From Podarcis muralis (Eukaryota): 64,000 bases of DNA. Position 1 is the stretch's first letter. Each line of letters begins with the position of its first letter. Below the pieces are notes generated by a model. It did no database searches. It saw only the letters and a program-made list of their open reading frames with translations, and was not told where the DNA came from. This document shows, one piece after another, positions 38,851 to 51,000 of this stretch. Made by a program: the position numbers and the translations under genes. Location of the stretch: NCBI RefSeq assembly GCF_964188315.1, contig NC_135659.1, forward strand, positions 22,940,001 through 23,004,000. Direction: 5' to 3'.

Positions 38851-39860
38851 AGCAGTAAACTTCATCCAAACATTATGGGTTGCCTCTAACAAAGTCATCC
38901 TGTTAGTTCAAGAACTCCCACTATGGGCTCCCTCTCTCTCCCTTCTAGATTTGGGGGTGGGTGGAAGGTGCACAGGGAGAGGAAGTCCTGATGTGCAGGA
39001 GGAAGTCATTGTGCTAGTGGGACAACTGCATTGGATACAACTGCATTTTTTAATTTGGGGAGAGGGCATGAAAAACCCCTTCTGTTTCTGCTGATACAAT
39101 CTAGGGGAGTTGACAGCCTCCTAAGAAAAGGTCATGTTTCACTGGGACCATTGTCTGAGACATCTACCGCAACAGATGTGAAAAATTATGCTTCTTTGCC
39201 TATACTGAAGTCAGGTAACTGCTAGTTGCATTTCTAGTATGGTGCCCCATTACTACATTCATGGCAACACATTATACTCCGACCGATGTAAGGCCAACAT
39301 ACGAGGTCGTATGGAAACAAAGTGTTTTTTGTTTTTGTTTTTTTAAGATCCACAAGAACAGCATTACTAGAGCAGACCAATGTATCTCCTGGCCAGAGTC
39401 AACTTACTGAACCAGCCCCTGGGACACATTTTGTTCTCCAATTGGCATGACGCCCTCATATAATAACTCCACTAGATTGCCTTCACTTAAAAGATTTGAT
39501 GGTAAATTCATAAGTGCAGCTTCAGGGCATCATCACATTTTTCCAACTTAGAGTGTTGCAACAAGTGTCAGACATGTTATAAAAGTTTCCTGTGTGGCTA
39601 AATTAGTGTTTGAATGTGCAACACTGGGAGACACTTGCCCCAAGTGAAACTTGCAAATAGCTCTGCCTTCAGTGTTAATAAAACCACATCCTCTTCCTGT
39701 TCCAGGCTGGAGTCTGTGGGTATATTCCAGTCAGATGTGGTGAAATGCAATTAAGGCAGATAAGAGTCAGGACCATGGAGAGCTCCCCAAACTACAGGCT
39801 TAGGCCAGACATGAGACTCAGAGGCACTGGAAGTGTTTGGTGTTGACTGATACTTTATAC

Positions 39861-39987
39861 CAGGGATAGAACACCTGTGGATCTCCAGGTGTCTTGGATT
39901 ACAACTCCCACAAGCCCCAGCCAGCTTTTGCCAGGGGTGGAGTCATGGTCCAAAAATGTATGGAGGACTATAGGTTCCCACCCCTCC
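39861..39987. mobile_element. URR1-like hAT MITE (degraded)
   Basis: caggga...cctgtggatctccaggtgt...attacaactcccacaagccccagccag...tggagg...aggttccc. Semi-palindromic. Confidence 0.6.
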
Positions 39988-42171
39988 TTTATATAATCTG
40001 GCAAAGGAGTCTTGACTTCCTGGAAGGGAGCCTTCTTGGAGGATAAGGCATCTGTGTCCTCTTATGCAGACATGCACTCTAGCCGTTTTGGAAAAGCTTT
40101 TGCTCTTACTTGACTTAGGAGCATGGGTTGCCAGCAGCTTTAGAGAAAAGTAATTGGGAAACTAGGAGGAAGAGCAAATGTGCCTCATCCAGAAACAGAG
40201 ATAGAAGCCTCACTGTCACATTGGGCTTCACTTCCATGGAAGCTTCTACTGGGGTCACTGCTCTGGAAGCTGCCTCCTGGGAGGTTTAAGATTTAGCAAT
40301 TCTGACTCTGATTTTCCCCTTCCCCATATTTCCCAGTCTCTGTTTGAAACATAGGAATATGTAATATTACAAATGAAAAACTCAAAAACTGTTACATAGT
40401 CACCTGAATGCACTGAAATGTGCAACAGATTCCCTCCAGGTGAAATGTTAAAGCAGGTGATGCGCCACATTTTTCAAAGTTGTTTCTATCTACATATCAG
40501 AAAAACAAATCCTCAGATGTGCAATGCCATTATTTGTCTGCTCTTCTTTGTTAAGATATTTGCCAGCTAGTAGTGTAGAATCAACACAGATAAAAACACG
40601 GTATAGGGTGTTGATTCTTTGGTATAAATCCTATCTTCACAAGGGTCATCTCTACTACCATAAGAAAGGACATTGCAATAGGGATACAGGGAATATGTAA
40701 AGCACCCCTGACATTTTTTTAAAAAAGAACTTACTAAAATTCTTTGCTTCCTTCAAAATTCCTTGGGATTTCTTCTGTGCAGGAACCTTCAAGTTTACCA
40801 TAAAATGTTGCTGTAGGTAAATTTGGTGGCAACCCTGGTCTCAGACCCTACCAGCTGTGCTTATTGAATGGACACTTTCATCCCCTGCCCCCGACTAACA
40901 ACAGGATAGCAGATAACACCCACAGTCTATCTTCAGTAACATCTTCCATCCATGCTGTCTATGGTTACAAATTTGCCTTGAACGTTTCACATCAGTATTT
41001 CAGTAACATCTTTATATTGCAGAGGTCCATGGATGCATGTGATGAATTAGGTGTCCTGTGGCTTGTAATCTTAACATCAAATTAAAATAGTAAATAAAAT
41101 CTGTAAAATAAGATATTGCATGAACATTATTGGCCCTTGAGGCATAATATTAATAAATTAAATCAAATGGCAGCAGACATATACAAAGGAACTAACCTAA
41201 ACAGCATCCAGAATTCTGCAGATCTGGATGAGTTGTCAGATGCTGTAGCCCATTGCAGTAGCTTGCACAGAGACCTCCAGTTTTGCCAGGGCACACAGAT
41301 GTTGTTATGCTGCACTGATACAGAAGCTCTGTGCAAGCTTCTCCTTGGAAGCATGATACAGATTTCTAACACCAGAAACCTCATAGGTATAGTCGCATAT
41401 AATAACATCTAGTTGAGCCTTGCAGAAGCAGATGAGAACTTGGCCTACAGGGGAATGTGCTGGAGGGATAGTTCTTGGGCAGAACCAGAGCTCTGTAAGG
41501 AATGTTTTAGACGTATCCGCAGCCACCAAGGAACCACTATGCATCCTATGCAATCGGCAGCTGTGTCTGAATGACCCAACCTTGTGAGCAGGGACAATTA
41601 CCGTACTTAGATTCATGACAGAAGACCAAATTTCAAATTGTGTAACAGCAAGGACTTCTCTTCAACATGCATGTGCCTATTGTAAATACAGCTAGTGTTT
41701 GTAGGGTTCTCTGGGCAGGCCCATTCCCTTGATCATGACTTCACCCCAAAGGACCTTCCACACTATCCTTTGTTTCTGAGATCAGCCTCACTGTCATTTT
41801 GCATATCCATCAAAGTACATTGACCCCAGTTATTGCATTTTGCTTGCTAGTAACATATAATCTCGTTCCCCTCCTCTTTCCTCTTGCCAATTAGGTTCCA
41901 CTTATTCATTTGGTGTCTCTCACCATTCCTTCTGCCCCAGGCAAAAACATACTACCAATCCAATTTACATGCTGTTTGCTTCGCCAATTCTTCTTCCTTC
42001 AGCAGAAGACTGCATAGTAATAAATATTTATATATTTTTTGCAATAAAACTGTACGTTTTGTTGATGTTAAGCTTTTGACTTTTATCCAAGTACTGATTT
42101 TCCAACATACTATTGTAAAATGTAACCTCTCCGTTGCACACTGTCTCTGAACTAAATATCTCATTACATAT

Positions 42172-42928
42172 TGTCAGGGGCTCAGGAGCAGAGGCACAGG
42201 AAAGGGAGGAAATAGAGAGCGAGGGGGAGGAATCCGAAGGAAATGTTAGCGATGACAGTGGTCCGAGGTCTCTGAGTCTTTCCAGCGAATCGGAAGATTC
42301 ACAGAAAGGGGCTCCCATGGTCAGAGCAAGGGGGGTGCCTAGGGGGACACCCCAGGAAGAAGGGGCCAGAGGGGACTCAGAGAGCAGCAGTTGGAAATCA
42401 GGACCAGCTTCCCCACCAGAGCGCAGTAGGGGGGAGGAGTCCCAGGTATCGGGATCAGGAGGCTCACCGCCAGCGGGAGGAGAGGAGTCAGGGTTGGCCA
42501 CGCCTCCATCGGAGAGCGAGGAAACGGTCAAGAGGAAGGTTGAAGGCTGGGCGCGCGCGCCAAGTTCAAATGTACAGGAGGGCGGCGCAGTTGGCAGCCC
42601 GGATAGGGAGCCAGGTCCCAAAGCCCGCCGAAAAGAGGGGGAGGAGTCAGGGGGGTCAGCGTCAGAAGAGTCCAGAAAGGAGGAGACCCCGGGGGGCAGA
42701 AGGACCCAGAGGAGAAAGGAGAGACGGAAGAGGTGGAGTAAGGTTAGAGTCTTAAGTTGGTGTACAGGAGGTGGAGACTCAGATGGAGCTTCGCCGGTCT
42801 AGCCTCTAAGACGTAGAGCTGGGCGCTGCGGCTTGAAAATGGAAACTGTACTTCAATAAAGACTTTTGTACATTACTACCGGCTAGCGTTGGTCCTCTGT
42901 GAGCTGGGACCTGGAGCCAGCTCTGACA
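42172..42928 (+). mobile_element. Solo LTR, 757 bp (Gypsy/ERV type)
   Basis: TGTCAG...CTGACA termini, perfect 5-bp TSD CATAT (42167-42171 and 42929-42933), AATAAA at 42855-42860, and a GC- and purine-rich body. Confidence 0.9.
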
Positions 42929-43032
42929 CATATGCTTGTTAAGTTCATATGCATGCTTAGATGCAAGTGTGACTGAGACCAGGGGTCCTTATATTTCCTC
43001 ATTCTTACTATACATTGGACATAGCCATGCAG

Positions 43033-43034
<2 letters not shown>

Positions 43035-43096
<62 letters not shown>
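43035..43096. repeat. Compound (CT)20(CA)11 microsatellite
   Basis: Read directly. Confidence 0.95.
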
Positions 43097-43097
<1 letters not shown>

Positions 43098-46000
43098 CCA
43101 CAACTTGTAACACACACCTCACAGCAGACCCACTGCCCCCTCTTCCCCCTGTTTTAGGGTTCCGCCTTAAAAAGAATACCCCCCCCCAGTTCTGCATAAC
43201 ACCAGTTCTCTGGCTCTGTCTTCATTAACTTTGCCCGTGCTACACATATTCTACTCGTTGTCATTATGGCTTAGTTTCAGCTGAGACAAGGATTTATATT
43301 GAGTGTATGCTTTGCATGCTCATGCAAGTAATCTTTCGGGAGTCTTTATAGCACATTAGAGAGATGTTGCTGCTGTTGCTGTTCTTGTAATTTTCTGTAC
43401 TACTATAATAAATTTCCTTGAGAAATAAATGAAGTGAACATGAAAAGGAGCTGATTATAAAGTTTACAGAGTCCTGGACTGAAAAATAGGGAATCAGGTA
43501 GAAGACCTATAGGTAGCACAAGCTGACCTCAAAACACTTCAAAATTCATGCTAATTTGAAGGCTAGTTCCCGGTGAAATATATATAATGTGTTTTTTAAA
43601 ATATTTTATGGGAAAAACACCACCTCAGATTTTCTGGCCACTCATCTGTCTGTCTGTAAACCTCCTGTAGCCTCCTCTGAAACCCCTGGTCTGACTCTTT
43701 CTTGTCTTGGCTATGTAAACTTTTTTGGAGCAGGGGCTATAGCTTAACTCAATCCAAAGTGTTGATCAATTGAAAATGTCAGTGTGAATTTAAGCAAATC
43801 AATAGCAGCTATTTTTACATGCCAAGGTCCCGATCCAATTGCAGTTTTGGGCAACTATTAATGTGTAACAAATGGTGGACCTTGATAGCGATTCATTTGC
43901 ATCAAAAGTCACTTTGAGCCTCTTGGAGGAGCATGATGTCTCCTTTGCTAAATTAAAGTGTAAGAGAGGTGGGAACCTAGACTAATAGAATGCATGGGTA
44001 TCGAGATAAGTAAGGATATGAGCTGTATCTGGCACAGCTATTTCTCTTTAAAAACACGCAAATGAATTCAGAAAACATTTGGTCTACTGAGAACTCTGGG
44101 AAAGTGTTAGTTGATTTGCACCTTCCTTGAACTCTATTTACTGCTGGGGGTTTCCAGGACAGATTACAGTATAAAAACAAATCAGAAACAGTACAAGAGC
44201 AGCCACTCAGTAACCTAAAAATATATCAAAATCCAACTGGATGTTACTGCACTGACAAATATTTAGATTCAAGACAAATAAGGTTTCACCTGGTGTTGCA
44301 TAGGCATTGGGAACAGAACCAGTGTTATCAGGGGTTATCGCTTACCATAACTTGAACTCTACCAGCAGCTCATATTGCATATTGATTTGCCTTTAGGCTA
44401 ATGCTGCATGCAATACCCCCAACTTAATTGAACTTTAAGTAGCTAAAACTGCATTTGTTTACATTTGTCCCTTGTCATGGAATCCCCACTTTCCTTTACT
44501 CCCTTCTGTCTCTGCTGTCTCCCACATTATCAAATTTAGTATGTGATGCAGTCAAAGTCAACACCTTAAAGTGCCATATTTCCATGGGAGATATAGGTAT
44601 ACATGAAACTTTAGAGTTGGAGTAGTCTTCCATTATGTTTGATAAATGTATAATGAGTAGAAAGAAGGGAGTTGCATTCTGAGGGATGGTGGTGTTCTGA
44701 AATGAGAGGCAATTCAATGAAACCAGGGGTTTATACAACAGTATTTGTTAGATCTTGTGGAACCTTCAGCAGTTGCACTAGGAGCAAAGATGTAGTGTTA
44801 AGATAATCCCAAGAGATTTCCAAATGACATCTAGTCAAAACAATGTAATGCCCCTACATTCAAAGCAAGCTACCAGAAAGAGTGCCAGAGGTTGGCAAGT
44901 TTACCTTTGCATATGTGCCAAAGCTACAAACTACTGAAGGACCCACCAGTCCCCAAACTATTCTTGTACTTCACTAAGTACTTGAGACAGACAGAGGTAG
45001 CATTGGACAATTATTACTCTGCAGGAACCCACTTCCAGGTGGGGGAGGATGGAGGGACAGGATATTGATGCTCACTTGCCTAAAGGTTGCCCAAATCATG
45101 TAACCTTTAGTACACCATTGTAGATTTAGGATGCATCCTAACTTTAGAAGATGAAGGTGATTTTGCATGCTTGCTGGAAGATGAGGGGAAATGCACAGGG
45201 AGGAACTGGCAAATAGCCAATAAACAAGGCACAAATGGAAATACATTTGCATAAAGCACACAACATCAAGTAATGAACACATCAAATCAAAGCTTGTTCT
45301 TGATAATCCACTAATGGAGAGCTAGGCAAGATGCGTTTAATGAAATGTTTGCTCTGAATAGCTCACTCTGCTCCAGAGACTTCCACTGCAAGACTATAGA
45401 AGTTGATGAATTCTAATTGGATAATTGCATTTCACCTACCTGAAAATCCATTCTTGTTTCTACTTCTCAATTAAGCTCCTGTTTTTTCGCACCCACCCTG
45501 CACTGCAAATGCATCTTCAAGCACGAGGAAGGCTGCACTATATTGGCCCAGTGGCACAGATAATATTTCCCATGCTCAACAATGGGTGTGCCCCCTTGGC
45601 TCATATACTAGTCCACTTCCCTCATCTCTCCTACTTAAAAGTCCTTCTCCCTTTCCCTTTCCAGTATATACTGGCGTTAGCATTATTTCTACACTGAGGT
45701 TAACACTTAACCATAGTTAGCTTTAATGATGGTTTACAAACCTGCTTTAAAGCTCCAGTTTAAAGCTGACCATGGTTTGCATTATATTTGAAGAATACTA
45801 TGTTTGTGACTTTGAAACATGTTACATCTGCATGGCTTGGTGAACCACTTGGTAAGCAGACCTTTCCTTAGGAGCTTCTCTGTGTGGGCAACCTTGGGAC
45901 ACAATTTCATATGGTCCTTGGCCTAATTTCAGGCGGAATCTGGAGAAAAGTGAAAGCTCTGTCCCTGCCAATATTAGGCTTGGGCTCCTCCCAGGCTTTG

Positions 46001-46504
46001 GTTCATCCATATACATTGAAAGCACAATTTTACCACTTTTAACAGTCATGGTTCCCCCCAAAGGATCCTGGGAACTGTAGTTCATTGAGGGTGCTGGGAA
46101 TTGTGGCTCTGTGAGGTGTCCCCATCCTAATGCCTCTCAGCACCCTTAACAAATTACCATGACTTGTGCCACATTAAATATGGTGTGTGACCTTTGTCAA
46201 TGCCTTCCAATGGCTTCCATTCTGTTCAGTGTTTGCATGTGACAACCACCCCCCAAGTAGATTACCCCCTCTCCCAAGGGACTGCAAACCCTCAACAGGG
46301 GGGAAACCACACATTTCCCACTCCTGCTCTATTGGAAAAATGAACAAGTAGCACTGTATTATTGGAGCAATCCAGAAAAAGATTTGCTACATAGATTTGT
46401 CTCCTACAGTTCAAACGAACTTTGTCACATTTCTTAGTATTGGGTTTTGAATGGTTAGATAATAGATAGTAAACCAGAACATCCACAGTTAGGGTTTTGT
46501 AGAG

Positions 46505-46634
46505 CATGGAGAGGGAAACTGTGCCCTTCCAGATGTTGGTGGACTACAATTCCCATCATTCCAGACCATTGGCCATGCTGGCTGGGGCTGTTGGCAGTGG
46601 AAGACCAGCAACACCTGGAGGTTCCCTAAGCCTG
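46505..46634. mobile_element. URR1-like hAT MITE
   Basis: ccagatgttggtggactacaattcccatcattccagaccattggccatgctggctggggctg...cagcaacacctggaggttcc. Confidence 0.7.
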
Positions 46635-47114
46635 TTACAGAAAGTCACAGCTCAATATATTAATTAAAATTTCTAGGGTCTAGGAAAGGGCAATGCAATG
46701 AAATAAACGTACATGCACAGTTCTTCTCACCTTTCTGTTTTCAATATGCCTTTAGAACCCAGACACTGGTGATACAGCTCATCATACTTTAGTTGATTGT
46801 AGCTGACAAGGTGCATATATGTGCTATCTTAGTTAAAGGTTTCTCCAGGCATTAGCAGAAGGAAAGGGAGAGGGCACTACACATACGCAGAATGTTGAAA
46901 CGAAAGAAATTGCACAGCCAATTTGCTACCTTTTGAGTGCTTTCATTAAACTTCAGGCTGAAGGAGTTTTGAGACCTTGCAGAAAGGTTTCTCTTCTTTT
47001 TTTAAAAAAAAAAGTGCTGAGGGACTTCACACATTGGCACAGAGAAGCGCAGGCAGCAAAGGGTGGGGGGAAGGGGGGGAGGAGGAGGAGGGCAGATGTA
47101 GGGCAGTTACTTAC

Positions 47115-47252
47115 ATTGACAACCCTGGTTGTGCCAGTTATATCCCCGCAGACACTTATCACACTTAGGCCCTGTTGCTCCCTGCTTACACTCACAAATT
47201 CCTCTTTCATTACAGCGATCATGGACTGAGCCAAAACGGCTACAGTTACATT
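47115..47252 (-). CDS. NTNG1: Netrin-G1 laminin-EGF repeat LE3 exon (exon 9 equivalent), 138 nt
   Basis: ttgtttctgcag|AA TGT AAC ... TGT CAA T|gtaagt. Encodes (E)[45 protein letters not shown]. Phase 1-1, in frame with the flanking exons. Confidence 0.95.
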
Positions 47253-47408
47253 CTGCAGAAACAAGACAACACATATGAACTTGGTACAGGGGTACAAGAT
47301 TAAAAGTCATTTATTACTGTTAGGGGTAACAGCGGCCAAGTTTAACCATAAAGGAAGATGGTTTTATAACGGCAGACTGCTGGAAAGTCCACTTGCTCAT
47401 TGGTTTAG

Positions 47409-47547
47409 AACGGGGTTTCCCAAACTTGGGTCTTCAGCTGTTTTTTGGACAACAATTCCCATCATCCCTGACCACTGATCCTGTTAGCTAGGGATGATGG
47501 GAGTTGTAGTCCAAAAATAGCTGGCGATCCAAGTTTGGGAAGCACTG
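47409..47547. mobile_element. Palindromic hAT-type MITE
   Basis: Inverted arms ttcccaaacttgg / ccaagtttgggaa, cagct...ttttggac / gtccaaaaatagctg, and ac aattcccatcatccct / agggatgatgggagttgt. Confidence 0.8.
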
Positions 47548-47904
47548 AGAGTATCAGTGTTCAACTAATGCAAAAGGATCCATAACTGAGTCATATCCCC
47601 AATCTAAGGTGGATCCCAGCAATGACTCTATTACAACACACCACAAAATTCTTTTTTTGTTGTTTACTTTAAAAAAAGAAAATGACAAAGGAGAAGTGAG
47701 AAATATATGATAAAAAGATTGAAAGTGGGTCCTGTGTTGCAGTTTTTGATTAAAGGTGGGTCCCTGCTTGAACTACTGAAGACTACTGCTATACATTTAG
47801 GGTGGTTATTCAGTTAAGCAGTTCTACTAGTGTAATTGACTTTTGCTGTGCAATGATACTTTGCTCCCTCCATTTATCCTGAGGCTTTCTGAGGTCTTCT
47901 CCAG

Positions 47905-48065
47905 CCCTCCAGAAGGGTCTCAGCATGTCCTTTGCATGCAGAGGGTCCTAAATTCAATCCCTGGCATCCCTAGGTAGAGATAGGAGAGACCTTCTGCCTT
48001 GAAAATGGCAGAGAGCCACTACCAGGCAGTAAGCAAGCTGGACTAACTGTCTGGCTTCTTAGATT
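47905..48065 (+). mobile_element. Degraded tRNA-derived SINE (Squam2-like)
   Basis: ctttgcatgcagagggtcctaaattcaatccctggcatccctaggtag...gagagccactaccag. Confidence 0.5.
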
Positions 48066-51000
48066 CCAAAAGTACTTGCATTAGTGGAACTGTTTAGTTG
48101 GGATACCACCCTTAATGGTACATTTCCATGGTGGTATGAGCAGAACATTAGCAGAAATAAAGCGAAGAATGAAGTCCTCAGAAGTAACTAACGGTGACAG
48201 CGCTTACAACTTGTTCTTCGCATTTTTATATCATTTTAATGAACGTTAAGACAGCTTGCTATTTCAGGAAACATCAATAGACCATCAAGTTAAAGCTGGC
48301 TTTAAATTATTAAAATAGGTAAGACTCCACACTTGATGCTGAATATTTTCTAAATGGCAACATAAATGCACTTTACTAATTTCCAAGGCAGTCTTCCTTT
48401 ATGTTTATGGGCATCAGCTTAATTTATTCATGGCATTTTAGTGATTGGAGTTTACAGGCTGTATTTTTTTTCTCCTGCAATGTTAGTACACCTTTTAAGT
48501 TATGCCACAATATCCTACTTGAGAGAACTCAATGGGCAGCAGATGAATGAGAGTGTCCCAGAGCCTTGGCCAATAATAACTTAAACCCAAGCCTGTCATT
48601 TTTGTTACCGCATTGAATGTAAAAACATACAGATGTGAAATGCACAAACTTTGACCATATGAATTTTTGTGATAAGGTGTCTCTTATAAAAACCACTGGA
48701 TCAGTTTTATTGAACCTATTTCGTTTTCATATTTTATTTCTAGGAAATGTATGTTTTCATCTTGCACCCCTATTGGTTCTAAATCTCTGGAGTGCTTTGT
48801 TGCAGGAAGGGTGGGGGTGCTGCTGTAATAATGGCAGGCCAGAGTACCACTGAGACTCCCCCAAGTAGGCTGCTAGCAAGTCTATACATGCAGTGCAGTC
48901 ACACTCTGTTCATGTGTTTTTTTTCTTTCCTGGTTGGCAACTGGGGAGTCAGATTTGGCCTGGGGCTTCAGTGTATACATGCTGGGGGTGTTTAAGCAGA
49001 GGCTGGTTGCTGCCTCTGATTAGATGACCAACTAGGTATCTTCCAATTGTATGATTCTATCGCAAATCATTATTTTTCATATATATAAAAATCAGGTTGT
49101 CAATGTCTGGAATGCTATGTGATTTGCATCTTCCCTATATATCCTTGCCTTGTTTATCTTGTTGTTTGCACTTCTGGTAGTTCCTTGAGGATCTGATTTT
49201 GATTGCAGATACACTTGTGTAGATAGAATTGAGATTTCAAGTTAATAATAACTTTCCCAACACCCCTGATATCTGCTATCAAATGCAAAGAGTGCGAGTA
49301 TTTCTTTTTGAATTTAGAGACCATGCTGGGTGAACAGCTCTATTTTTTCTTTTAATCATTCCATTTAGATTTGTTCCCTGGGATTTCATTATGAAACCGT
49401 GAGATCAGAAATGACAAAACAGGAGGGGGAAACTGAGAATATTTTAACATGGCAAATAGAAATGGGGGGTGGGGGAGGAGAAGCTTAAGGGGAAAATGTT
49501 TTGAGTAGCAAATATTGCATCTATTGCTCAGGATTTCAATCCTTACAAATTACAAATGGCATTTCCAAAGGAACGTAGGCTAGTGCTATTGGTGGTGGTT
49601 TGGAAAAATGTGCCAATTGAAATAATGATAATCCTGTCAGTTGGTTATCTGCAATACATTAACAAAGTTACTGAGAATTTTGCCCTTGGCAAAGGCATCC
49701 AACCATGTGGTATGTCACAGGAGAAAAAAGGGACAATTCCGAATGAAATTGATATTCAGAACTTACTTTTAAATGGCTTCAGAACCAAGGTTGTCAGAGG
49801 TGGATAAAGGGATTTTAAGTCAGATGTTTACATGGAAATAAGAGCTGATTGGCCTTTACCTCGTTTAACAAATGGAGGGAGAAATTCTGCCATTGCCAAA
49901 GTCAACAAAAGTTTGGCATTGACTTTAATGGTGTTAGTATTTCACCTTGGATTCAGCTACATTGGCAAAGAAAGAGCATTCTTTATGTGTTGTAGTCTAA
50001 CACTGTGACACCAGATGGCGATGTGGAGTTCCTTTTTTTGCCAACCCGATTTCTCAAAGTTTACAACGCATTTAACTGAAACGCTTCTTTGACATGTCTA
50101 GATCCAGCCCCAGGCAGATTTCACTCGTGCAAAATGAGTTATGTGCCAAGGAAGTATTAAGGACTGGATATGCTGCCCACATATGCAGCATGGCTGATCA
50201 TTCCTGAACTGTCAAATGAGGCCTCTTAGTGTGACACAAGATACCTTCCTGTGCAGCAGAAGAAATCAATCACACAACTAATTGCTCCTATGCATCTTCA
50301 AATGCTGCTTGCACATTTTGCTGTTCTGGCTTTGCGGAGAAATGCAAACCAAATTATCTGTGCTGAGGCTGCCCACTGCATCTCCATATCAATTACTGTT
50401 CTGGGGTTACCCCTTTGCAGCCAGGAGGTACCCCCCGAACATTAACCTACACACCGCTGCAGCAAGTCATGTGATATGGCAAGAGGAAAGTGTGAGCACA
50501 ATCGGGGGACGATGACAATGCTGTGGCTATAAATCTGTTGCAACCTGTTTCATACTAATGCTTTCCCCATGAATGCAAACATGCACATAGATAGGATCAG
50601 GATCATGGATCTTCTGTACACGACTGTAAGTGCAGAAGCCAATGAGAAACAGTTAAATACAATCACTCAACGGGACTAATCAGAATGCAAAAACCCAGGT
50701 ACCACTGGAACCTAAAAAAAATTGCTTCTGTTGCTTAGGTTGCTGAAGACAGTAAGGAGAAAGTTTCTCCATCATCGAAGGGTGCTGATTTTTGTGGGAG
50801 CTGGGCCAACATCTCCATATGTTCAAGAAAGGGGGGGGGGGCCAAGCTATGATTTCCAGATAGAGTTGAGTCCTGGCACTTCTCAGTGAACCACTGTCTG
50901 GAAGACGAGGGTCCTGCCACTGGTGCACTCAAGTGTCTATCTCTCTTTCCTTCCAAGCTGGCTTTTTCAAAGTCCAGCCAGTTCTTTAGCTTTACAGATA

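Noticed and set aside
42134-42802. 222-aa ORF as a host gene
   Set aside because: It lies almost entirely within a solo LTR, is low complexity, starts at a non-ATG codon and has no domain.
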